A stretch of 64,000 nt of DNA from Eukaryota sp. GEM-RC1 (lineage: Eukaryota), in NCBI GenBank assembly GCA_040285855.1, contig JAUFOQ010000002.1, positions 1,054,001-1,118,000 of the forward strand, written 5' to 3'. The notes beneath the pieces are model-generated. The model worked only from the letters and a program-made list of their open reading frames with translations, was not told the DNA's origin and did not search any database. Below are positions 49,290 to 60,406 of the stretch, in pieces (within the stretch, counting starts at the first letter, position 1; every line of letters begins with the position of its first letter). The translations under genes were made by a program, and so were the position numbers.

Positions 49290-49892
49290 CTAGAGGATGC
49301 TACAGAATCCCTTCTTCTTAGGAGCTTGACTCTGCATGGGTTTAGCTGACGAATCGTTCATAACAGCTCTCACCAACTCATGGAAACAATCTTCAACATT
49401 GACTTCGTCTTTGGCACTAGTTTCGAAAAATTTACAGCCAAACTTCTCTGCCAAGAGCTTTCCTTCATCATTTGTAACAGCTCGAGAGTCTTCTAGATCG
49501 CATTTGTTTCCGACTAAGACTAGAGGAACGTCCTGACGTTTTTGGAGACGCAGAATTTGGTCCCGAAGAGACACGGCTTTGTCAAAACTTTCTTGGGAAT
49601 CAATGGAATAGACTAGAAGGAAGCCATGTCCCTCAACGAGGTATTGTTCTCGGATGGAATCATATTCATCTTGACCGGCAGTATCCATGATTTCTAGGCG
49701 AAGAGCAGTTCCGTCGATGTCGACGGCCTTTCTGTACGAATCTTCGATGGTAGGGTCATACTAATGTAAGAAGCCAAGAGAGAGTTACCATACACGTTCA
49801 AGGAACTTTCCAAGAGCAAAACGAGCACTGAGAGCACTTTTACCGACACCACCGCCGCCAACAACAACAACTTGATAATCTACTGAAGACAT
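49290..49892 (-). CDS. Ras-subfamily small GTPase; one intron
   Basis: 'GGGGVGKS', effector loop 'YDPTIEDSY', 'DTAGQ', 'NKCD', 'ETSAK' and CaaX 'CSIL'. A 33-nt intron lies at 49761-49793. Confidence 0.96.
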
Positions 49893-50331
49893 GGGGAAGA
49901 ATTTGACTGCTTCAAAAATTTACTTGCCAAAAAAAAATGTCTCTGTAACAGTCACTCACACAATAGCGCACCATTTGATCCTTTTCAGTTTCTACATTTT
50001 CACAGTGCCGTTGGTTACAATCTGTCAAAATAGATTATGTTGATGCTCTGATCAGTTCATGCACTGGTTGTTGCACTATTCAAAAGCTCATTTCCTTTAT
50101 GATTGCTAATGATTGTAAAAAGCGATGTGATTTAAAACATCCTTTTGTTGTCTTGCATGCCAAATCCAATTGTTGCCTACAATATTGGTCGCAACATCAT
50201 GTCCTAAAATCTCCAGAAATAGTTTCAAATTAAAATTTCTAAAGAACATGGTAGGGTTTAGTATATATTAGGTTATTATATACTATATAATGTACATAAG
50301 AATTATGTCTCTCTATATGTAGGATTGAGTG

Positions 50332-51359
50332 TAGAGATGGGCAATCGACTCGACTAGTCGACTAGACTCGGACTCGACTCGACTAATTAGTTGTCAGTGA
50401 ACTCGAGTGTCGAGTCGAGTCAGCTCCAACTTCCCTTAGTCTAGTCTATTCTGTTCGAGTGCGCACTAATTTATTTTGTTGAAGTTGATTTCATCGTCAG
50501 CTCTACATACTCATTCCTACTCATTTTTACGCAAATCCAATTCAAATAGATAAACAATTACCAGTCCGGTACTTTTTATACAAGCAAAGTGTATATGAAA
50601 TCACAAAACTTCTTACTTCTTCCTTGCCCCTTGACCGCCCATCCCCTCAAAAAATTGAACGATAATACATGTGGTTGATTGTGTGCAATGCTTTACTGTG
50701 GTTGTTGATAGTAAAATTTCTCACTGCTTCTTTACTAGTATAGTATTTTCCATTTTTGGTTCCAAGTTGTCACTTTCATTACGTAGGCATCGTCTATGAC
50801 ATTATTCGTTTCTTTTATGTAGTTTTTGTATCATTGTTCCAGAACACGAAAACATGACAAAAACATGACATCATCGTGTTCCAGAGTACTTTAGTACATG
50901 AAGTGAAGACAAACACATCTTAAACTTGTTATTCAACTCCGTTCAGTGGTCATGAGTTTTCTTTTATCAAGAAGAAAGATCATTTCTACTGATTACAACA
51001 CAATATGTGAGTTTTGGTTTTAATAGTGTTTATTTATTTGTTGTTTTCTTATTATGTGTTTTTCTCTGCACATAAATCCGTTTTTTTTTCAATATCTAAG
51101 TTGGCAATTCCTAGGCGAGCATATAATCATACGCACAGACATCTTTTTAGTAAATGTATGAAATTAATGATTGATTTCATCGAATAAAATAGCTCAATGT
51201 AAGTTCGGACTAATGCCCACTCGACTCGACTAAGTCTCTTAGTTCAGTCGACTCTACTTTTGTAAATCGAGTCGAGTCTAAGGGCCAGTGAACTTAGCGT
51301 GAAGTTAAGTGCGACTGGACTCAGCTGAGTTCAGTCGAGTCATAATCCATAAATCTCTA
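50332..51359. mobile_element. hAT-type non-autonomous element, family D (GACTC arrays)
   Basis: Left end TAGAGATGGGCAATCGACTCGAC. GACTC/GAGTC arrays at 50340-50460 and 51205-51345. The right end ...ATCTCTA is degenerate and no TSD is visible. Confidence 0.7.
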
Positions 51360-52021
51360 ACTTCTTCTTTGGTGTGTCCCATGATTGGACATGTTATTAA
51401 ATTCGAAAGATATTTTTCATAGTCATCACAAAAGTAAGAAACATTAATTCTATATAATCTGTAGAGATCAAAATAAATAACATGTCCATCTCTAATTGAG
51501 TGGTTGTTCGACACCTTTGGAAGGGGACTAACAACAACTTGTTCTAGAAAAGTGTAAAAACAAAAGTCAGTCTACAGTGAAATCCGGTTCTGAACTGCAA
51601 TTATTTACGGGAAAAAATATTCATGCTCTAAAATATAAAGTATTTACCCCTTCGCATTAAAAGTTGCCGTATTTATGGTTTTATATTTTGACGACCACCG
51701 CCCCTTACTATCAAGTGAAAGAGCAAATATGACCATGATGGTTGTGTGATAGGAATGATGCTAATGTGATGAATCCTACTTGATAGTGTAATACAAATGA
51801 ATCATATTTTTGGTTGAATAACATATGGATGTGTCGGAGATTATACTAGTGTTTTAAATTAGAAATTAATATGTACTTAATTAAGGAACATTCATACCTT
51901 ATTACTGTTCTCTTAGACATGAGAACAAATCAGTATTAAATATATCAATTTCATCAAACTAACAACTGTATCAACATAACAAATAAGGAATTCTGTATAC
52001 ATTTATTAAGAGATTTTGAAG

Positions 52022-54477
52022 CTAAAAGTCCATCATATTATCATCATCATCTTCATCTTCTTCTTCATCGTCCTCTTCTTCTTCAGAGAATTCATCTTGA
52101 ACATCAATGGCTCCGAAACTCAACGGACCACCATCCGCAATGGCGTTAGGTAATATCTCCATAAAGTGCTGGAACATTCCCATTCCTAAACCCAGGGGTA
52201 CACTAGGAGGAGAAGCGGGGACATCTCCAGCAAGTGAAACCCCGTTTACAGCAGGTTCAGCTTCTGGTTCTCCATCTGCTGTACTTTGAAGTTTAGAAGA
52301 GATGTTCTCAATTCTACTGAAGATATCCAAGTCAATTGAATGGAAATGTTCCTTCAACTCTCCAAGATTAGTAAGTAGATCCCAGTCAATCATCTTTTTG
52401 CCCTTTCAGCAGCTGCGTGGGGCTCAGCAAACTTAAACTCTCCTGTATCAGTGAAGAGTAACGTGTCAAGTAGAAAAACGACTGCAATAATTAGCTCACG
52501 TCGTGATTCTGACCGAAGTAAACCGGAAACTACTTGAGAAAGTCCCGGAAGATCCATAATCAGGTATCTGAAGTTCTCTCCAGCACTACCTATATTCGAC
52601 AACATCCCCAATGCCTTCTCCGCGCAAACTACATCTTTATCACTCGGAGCGCACGAAACTACATGTAAAGGGAATGATAATACTAGTTTGAGGAAGGTAC
52701 TTGAAGGAGAAACTGAATCTCCAAAGATCCCAATCAATCTTTCAACTGAGGGAACATCACACCAAGCAAGATTTCTAAACAAGGCAAGAGTTTCAATTTT
52801 GACAGGGGAATCAAACAGATTTCGAACAGAACTTGAGCCAAACGAACACAAAAGATCCATAATAGTCTCGAACATTGGCTGATCACAGTCTCTACAAAGA
52901 GCACTTAAGGCATTAGCTGACACCTTTGCCAGAAGCAGTGAGGTGGTGTAAGAGAAGAAACGTTGAACAAACAATGGTATGAGATTCTTGGAGAGAACAA
53001 ACTCTTTGGTTAATCGTACTTCACGAGATATGTTGGCGAAAGCGGCAGTTGCTGGAATGGCTAGCTCACAATCATCTGACGTGATTAGGGGCACAAACAA
53101 CGACAGATCTTCGACTGTGAAGAAGGCTGGGAGCACGGCAACAATAGACCTGGAAACATTTCTAAAGCACAAACAGCTCAAAATTAAACGCGATTTGATT
53201 GTTCTATCATTTTTGATTGCAGTCGATTCACAAAGCTGAGAGAAGAGGAAACCCTTCAAAGAAGAATCCATCACGACTCTTCTAGAATCAGCGATATTAG
53301 AAGTGAAAGAGGCAATGATTCTCAAAACATTAATGGGCACGTCATCAATCAATTTCAATGACGGAAGACAATGTTCTTGGATTACTGTAGTTACTGACTC
53401 TATTATCTTAATTAAAGCTGGAACTCCAATGGAATTAATAATATGACTCCGTAAGAATTGAGACGAGCAAAACAAATCAGTAAAAGTTGATAGTGAAATC
53501 ACAAATGATTGAGAAGAAGATCTTGAGAAATGATCAACTGAGTGTCGAAGCAGTCTAAGTACTGAAGGACAAATAACTCGAAGTAAAAGATCCTTCTCAG
53601 TATCATTTACAGGAAAAGAAAAAGGAGGGAGATCTGTGGGGAGGAGATACATTGAGTACTCGGTGTCAGGAGATTCAGTGGAGGAGATGTGAGGACGTAG
53701 AGAGGAGAGGAAGGAGAGGAGATAGAGACGGCTTTGAAGGAGTTTCTGTTTGGAGGTAAGAAGAGAAGAGAAGTAGGTTAAGATGGAGGTATCGGAAGGT
53801 ATGGAGGTTTGATGAGATTGGACAATGTTTGATTGTGAAGAAGGTTCTAGGAGAGACAGTGTGCGGAGTAGAGAGAAGAGAGAATCAGCGACAGAGGGAT
53901 GAGAGCTCATCAATGAACTGAGGAGTGACATGATGGAAACAGAGAGCTCGTGTGCATGTACAGTAAGGAGAGCAGGTGGAAAGCGACTAAGAAGAGTAGT
54001 GATAGCATTGATTGATGATGCAGGAGTAGAAGGGGTTAGGTGATCAGTGAGAGTAACTACTAGAGACTGGCATGTCTCAGTAGATAAGTTTTGTTCCAGA
54101 ATTGAATCGTTGTGAGTAAGTAGTGCTGACAGAGACTTAACTGCACCAAGAACAACTTTAAAATCAGACGAAGACGAGTTGCTACCAATGACATCCACTA
54201 ATAGACCAAGAGCAGCAGCACACTCTTGAGGGTATGTGTTCATAAGAGACGTGATACAAGCTAGAATTATCACACGAGATTCTTCTGAGACATTAGGGTA
54301 GGAACTGAGTAGGGAGGGTAGCATGTCAAGGTCTAGGAACAGTTGTTTAATAGCTCTTGACCCTACAAGGGCATTTCGAATGGCTTTTAACAGATTACTA
54401 GAAGTATCATAGGATACAGAGTGTTGATAACGTCTGAATAGATCTTGGTATTGTGTAAGATGTGTAAGCAATGACAT
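52022..54477 (-). CDS. armadillo-repeat protein, ARMC8/GID5-like
   Basis: N-terminus 'LKAIRNALVGS..IKQ.F..L..LP.LL' resembles ARMC8. Further ARM motifs 'CLCFRNVSRS', 'LFRNL' and 'MLSNI', then an acidic tail. Frameshift in the A-run at about 52396. Confidence 0.72.
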
Positions 54478-54530
54478 CAAAGAATCAAGAAGATATCTTG
54501 AACAAATCGTAGATCCAGTTTTCCTCCTCT

Positions 54531-55100
54531 TTGAGTTTCAGTGGATACCAATATGATAGAGAACCAACTAAATCTCATTTACTTCTTGTCATTGCTCTTG
54601 CCAATGTCTTTGAGGTGATAGATCTACAGTCTGGTTTCGTTCTACATCGATTTTCTTTTCCTACATATGTTATCAAGCTGCTGACATACATTGGTGATGA
54701 CAGAATCATCGTTATTCTCGGATTCTCTAGAGGTGACGTCATTGTTTTTGACCCTTTCCAACGACGTACTTTTTCCCGGCACTATAATGCAATGGGTGAG
54801 ATTACACAATTCCCTGTCACTGACATTGCTCTTCATCCTGCTCCCAACTCTTTCCTTGTATCTTTTGCTGACGGAAGTATACACCAATACAACTGGTCAA
54901 TCACGAAACAACATCCATGGGATGAAAAGAAGTCGCAAGTTCTAACTCCTTATTTAGTTACTAGACCTCGAGATTTACAACCTCAAGTAAACCCAGTTTC
55001 TAGATTTATGCTATCTAGTTATTGTCTTTCTGGATTTGTTGTAACCTCCCTCAATCTATGTCCTTATACTTGGTCTTGTGTTGGTGACAACAATTCCTAA
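54531..55100 (+). pseudogene. WDR20/CreC-like WD40 gene fragment
   Basis: 'LGFSRGDVIVFDP...HYN..G.I...VT.I...FLVSFADGSI..YN...NPVSRF' resembles WDR20. It stops where the remaining WD repeats should begin, and there is no clear ATG. Confidence 0.6.
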
Positions 55101-55439
55101 CCCAACTTTGTTAAGAAAAACATGATTTGGTCTGATATTGAACTCGTAGATGATATCTACTCAAAGTAACAAAGTGGAAATTTGTTATGATAATGTATTA
55201 GATTGTTATGGGCCTAATTCTTTATCAACTACTGCACTTAGACGAAGGTCTTCATATCTGAAAATACATGATTAGAGCCATCATGATACAAATTTAGAAA
55301 TTTTGCACACTTTTCTACCTGATTAATGGTCTCTGTTTTGAATTTGAAGCTGAACAAGTTCGAATTGAAAGTACTCAATAGAACTAATCCGGCAATAACA
55401 TGATTCTGAACAAAACAATTAAAAACAAAATGAAAATGT

Positions 55440-56273
55440 TCATGTGAATCCGCAATAAGACTTCCCAAACTCCCCTAATGATGTCAGCTTGTCGTCGATA
55501 AAAGCGCTTGCCAGGATGTTGTCAAGATAGAGGGATTCCACTGTGGCGTTTACTGCTTGTTCGAAGGGTACATCAGGCATTGCATTAAGGAAGTCATTTG
55601 GGTCAGATGAATTTTTTTAACTTTTAAAATACAATCTTCGGTGCATCTAAAATTTCAGGTTTTTTTGTTAGTGGTCTGATCATTCTACTATTTTAAATAT
55701 GTAAATCAACATTTATTTGCGGCAACTAAATTTAACAAGGTCTATGACAAAATAAACTAAACATGGTCAGATTATCTGGCAATCAACTCAACAAAGCCAA
55801 ATTCGACAAAAAATATGTAAATAGTCAAACAACCTAATACATATCCCAGGTCTGGTGCGGCCGACTCTTCCTGCACGTTGAGTAGCAGAACACTTACATG
55901 TGATACAGTCATAACTGAACCAATTCAGTCAGAGAATTAATTCCTTTCTGAAATTTGGAATTCTTTCCAAACCAGTGTCAATCACCATAACTGCTGAGTC
56001 GATCGTAATGGACGACTCTGCGATATTAGTTGCAGCAACAATCTTGAATTCGTTTTGTTTAGGCTTACTTGCTGCCAGGAGTTGATCCTCCCTACTGATC
56101 TCCGAATACAAAGGGTATGTACAGGTTGGAGGTAAACCGTTGTTGTGATCACAAGAACGCACCAAACTTTCAACCTCAAAGGAACTTTTAGTTGCTGTGG
56201 AAACTGTAAATTGATGAAGGGAATTTAGATTACTAAAAATCGGTTGTTCTTTAAAATAAATTGACTTTAACAA
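55440..56273 (-). pseudogene. DEAH-box RNA helicase C-terminal pseudogene
   Basis: 'PLYSE', 'KIVAATNIAESSITID...VIDTG', 'QRAGRVGRTRPG.C.RL' and HA2-like 'LTSLG'. Internal stops are present and the N-terminal RecA domain is absent. Confidence 0.85.
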
Positions 56274-56384
56274 ATAATGATTCCAAAAGCTTACATTTAA
56301 CGCTTTAATTCAATGGCTTCGGCTCTACCAATTCTTCTGCGGAGGTCTCTTGAGACATTTGGAGCAGCAGGAGGCTCTTGTGCA

Positions 56385-57302
56385 TATAGATGGGAGCCGG
56401 CTCAAAATTTGCTCACGGCTCAGCTGCAGGCATTAACCAGCCGGCTGCGGCTTACAACACAGTTTAGCCAGCTCAAGCCGGCTGAAGTCGGCTCAGCCTC
56501 ATCGAGTTTTGTTTCGAGTATTTAGGCTAACTGCTTAAAAGTGTTATTGACTTGTTGGTTGATATATCAGTAAAATGAAACAGAACCATTGTTTATGACA
56601 ACTACACCGAGTATCAGAACGAAACAATACTGATACCATTGATCATTACATTCCAGTTTTCCCAGAATTTACATGTCACATATTTTTGTGATTATCACTT
56701 ATAAACTTGACGTTGATCAGTTAGATATTACGGAAATCTGTGAAACAATCGTAACACCACTATCGAATTGGCTGTCTGCCCAGTGCAGGAAAATAGTAGT
56801 ACTTTTGAGGTGGAGCTTAATTAGTTCTAAAGAAACAAAGTCGTTAGCAGAAGATCTCTGACGGACTCCAAGTTTTTTACTGTCTTAGAACACAGGTATA
56901 TCCATTTTATATGGAAGTAAAAGATGTAATAGACATATAACGTGTCAGAAATATACACTGCGACAATGTACATAAGACACTGAATGTACTATCAGTGCCC
57001 CCAAGAAAAACAGTAGGGCAATTATTCGGCACATATCAACAATATTCACCAATTCCATTGTTGCTCGAACGTGGATAAACATTAGTAGCCCTAAACTGTT
57101 CTGATAAGTGCTGTAAATGATTATTTTCGATTTCTAAATTCATTATTAACTATGTTTTCAGAGAACCCAAAATATTGGGCTTGAGCCGGCTAAAACTATT
57201 TTTAGCCAGCCGGCTTGCAGCTGGAAATACTTCTATTCTGGACCAGTCGGCTGGCTCGGCTAGCCGGCTTAGCCGGCTAAATTGAGCCGGCTCCCATCTC
57301 TA
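56385..57302. mobile_element. hAT-type non-autonomous element, family E (GCCGGCT arrays)
   Basis: 21-bp TIRs TA(T/G)AGATGGGAGCCGGCTCAA with AGCCGGCT subterminal arrays at both ends. No TSD match. Confidence 0.85.
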
Positions 57303-57341
57303 AATACCAATATATTGCCAATCCAATATTTCCTATCCCTG

Positions 57342-59569
57342 GATACCCTGGATATTAGAGTTGCCGATCGACTCGACTCAGCGTACTCGACTCGCACTCG
57401 ACTCGAGTCTGAGTCTGAGCGTACTCACAATTCTGTGAGTCGAGTCCGAGCGTACTCAAGAATTTCCGAGTCGAGTCGAGTACGCTGAGTCTGCACTCAA
57501 GACGATGTCCCAATTTTTGTTTCTATTTGTTTTTAACGACATAAATTGAAGATCATAAGGCATCGTATAACCTATTAACTATGCAAAAACCTTGTTGAAG
57601 AGAGTTTTTTTTACCAGAAACCTTTTATGGAACAAATACTAGAACTCAATATCATTAAAGCAACAATCATTGCCATTAAAACTCACATCAGCTTTTTCTT
57701 CATAAAAAACACTGAGAGCTAATAGAGCTTAATTTGAAGAGAGTTGTGGTGGAAGTTAAAACGGTTATATGCCGAGAAAAACACATGACAGGAAAACACA
57801 GAGTAAGGACTCAAATAAAACTAATGTACTAGTAGAAGTTACATTATACATTACATTACCAACTCTTCCACCTTCTAATCATTACATCTCCACCCCAAAA
57901 TTGTACGAGCCCTCTTGAGTGTTAGGTCTTGGGCTGCTAATGGCTTTTAGTTACCTTTATGATCTATATGTACTGTAGTAACTAGAACAGTTGTTTTCAA
58001 ATTCATTTTCTCCTCTTCACAATATAGTTTGGTGTTCATCTATGTTCCTTCAGAAGCAAATCAGGTAATTTCTACTTTCGTTATAGACATAATCGACTTC
58101 AAACGTCAGAAAAGTTCGTACCATATAGGTTGTAAATCCATCTTTATATTCAAGAATAAAGTCACAGCAATTGGTGTTTGTTTAACAAACATTCTATATT
58201 ATCTGATCAGCAAACTGTTGACAAACGAAGAGCTAAACAAATTGACATTGAGTCTGCAGACTGAGTACGCTCGACTCGACTCGAGTGCGAGTGTGAGCGT
58301 ACTCATACTTTTGTGTGAGTCGAGTTCGAGCGTACTCACACTTATCTGAGTCGAGTCGAGTCGAGTCGATGGCAACTCTACTCAATATAGTGCCACCCTC
58401 GATATAAGGTCACTTTTCACACAAATTTCCCTGACACGACTTTTCCATTCATGTTCTTGTCGTTTACACCATAAACACGTTGTTTCACATCATCTTCCCT
58501 TTTATTCCCTTAAGTTAGCTCTTTCTTAACATCATAGACGACTCTTTTGTTGTTCCACATTTCAATTGTTGATTACACGGAAACAGCACCATCGAGGTTG
58601 AATATGTTATATATCTCATGCGTTTTCTTGCTGATGTACTACACAACACTAGGGACGTGTTACGGTCCAATGCCAAGAATTCTGGATCTTGAGTCTCCAC
58701 GGACATGACTGATCATCCCATGGAAGTGTTATGTTACATATGAGTACGAAAAACATCCGTTTATTCGTCAAGTCAAACATATGCATCATCTTCAAGACAC
58801 TACTTGGGTTATTCTGATAACATTGAGCCCGAAAGTACTGCAGAAAGACTCCGTCTTCCTTCATATCAGTCCGTAATCTTCATAATCTTCTGAATTGAAA
58901 AGACAGACGGAACTACAGGTCTGACGAATGACAGATGTACAGAAAACCATAGTTCCAAAAGTAACACACATTTAAAAGAAATGGGGGCGTTGAGAGAGAC
59001 TTCTCTATTACGAGCGGTTTAGTGTGAGACCTATTGAAAGAGAGGTGCAAATAGCGTCACCAGGAAGGCCTATCATTGTTGTTTGTTTGAGGATGTTGGT
59101 TGAGAGGTTCATGATAGATTGGTTTCTCCTCCGATACTGCTTCTAATCGGCTTTTTGGCTTCATTTAGACTTTTGTCTTTACAAATAGGGGGCATTGCTA
59201 CATTTACATCCTTCTTCTGATGAACTAGCCAATCATGTGCAGATGGACCTTTCTTTGATCACGGTACACTGCTCCCTTGTATTGGCGATTTCCCAACTGT
59301 GTCTCAATAGAAAAGCTCTCATAAAAAACTAAGTTTCCTTGCTGAATTCACCTTCTGACAGTCTTCAATTTGTATGATTGTTGTGTTCACTATTGCGTGG
59401 TCCAGACCCGTCTCTTGTGTGAATGATGCACATCATAGTTAGCTATAGTTTTTATGGAAAATAAACTGTCGTCGTGATCTGTTCCTGGAACACGGACCAT
59501 CCCCTCGATATAGTGCCACCCTCGATATAAGGTCTGCCAATAGGGCGGCACTATATCGAGGGTAGACTG
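57342..59569 (-). mobile_element. degenerate pogo/Tc1-mariner element (left TIR interrupted by hAT element F)
   Basis: The right end reads CAGTCTACCCTCGATATAGTGCC on the minus strand and is flanked by TA. The matching left TIR is split at 57342-57355 / 58381-58411. Broken DDE-like fragments ('MKEDGVFLQYF', 'DVFRTH', 'FLALDRNTS') lie at 58515-58864. Confidence 0.7.
57356..58380. mobile_element. hAT-type non-autonomous element, family F (1025 bp)
   Basis: TIRs TAGAGTTGCC(G)ATCGACTCGACTC. The 8-bp flanks CTGGATAT and CTCAATAT each differ by one base from CTCGATAT. GACTC/GCGTACTC arrays. Confidence 0.9.
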
Positions 59570-59670
59570 TACATGAAACACAAATAAAAGACAATTGTTA
59601 CTGCATATACTATGTTTATTTAGGATATCTTGCAGAAATTTTAACTAATGTTGGTATATAACATTTCCAA

Positions 59671-60367
59671 ATGTCCACCCCTCCCGGCGATGATGTTATT
59701 GATGTGGATAAACTGTTTGGGGACCAAAAGTTTCAGGAGAAGTTGAAAGAGTTTTTCCACTCAGAAACAGCAGCTTTGGGAATTGATAAGTTAATTGAAA
59801 CAATGAGTACATGGCGTGAACAAGACAAAAAGGAACGTCAACAAGATAAAGAAGAGCACCAGATTGAACGCCAACAAGACAAAGAAGAGCGCCAACAAGA
59901 CAGAAATGAACGTCAGGTAGAAGTGATACAATGGGAGCATCAACTTGGAAAACTGGGAGCCCGTTGGGGGATAAACAACGAGAGAATCTGGAGAACAACA
60001 CTTATCAAGCTAGTAGGCTTAACTGCCCCAAATTACAGGGTTTACAGATTTGAGCAGGACGATCCTGATCGAAAGGATAAGGATGGACGTAGTATGAGGG
60101 TCGAACTGGATGTGGTGGCCGAAAACTCTACACAGTTCATAGTAGAAATCTCTACATAGACCTGAGATCAAAGGTCATGCAAAAAGTCATGATATCATTA
60201 AGCTCAAAGACAAGGTTGAGTTCTATAAGAGAGTCAAGGGTCTGGATAACGTGCAAGTATTTGTGATTACACCAATAATTGATGAAGGTGCACAAAAGAA
60301 GGCTGATGAGCTGGGTTTCAAATATGTTGGAGATCCATCAGAGTTTGTAGAAGAGTCATTACAGTAA
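59671..60367 (+). pseudogene. prokaryote-type coiled-coil PD-(D/E)XK protein (DUF3782-like), disrupted by a 19-nt insertion
   Basis: Heptad QQDKEER repeats, 'LGARWGI..E..WR', 'VELDVV', 'IVEI[K]' and 'KVEFYKRVKG...VITPIIDE.A.K.A.ELG'. Deleting 60151-60169 restores one ORF. Confidence 0.75.
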
Positions 60368-60406
60368 GAAAAGCTAACGTATGTATAGAGGTCATCAAAA
60401 CACTTT

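Noticed and set aside
11854..52400. Programmed ribosomal frameshifting or a non-standard genetic code explaining the split ORFs
   Set aside because: Breaks occur in both directions at mixed homopolymers, with no common slippery heptamer or stop context. TAA, TAG and TGA all end conserved genes normally.
57356..57500. CRISPR-like or telomeric arrays in the GACTC/GCCGGCT repeat clusters
   Set aside because: The motifs are 5-8 bp, irregular, and sit symmetrically inside TIRs. There is no repeat-spacer periodicity and there are no cas genes.
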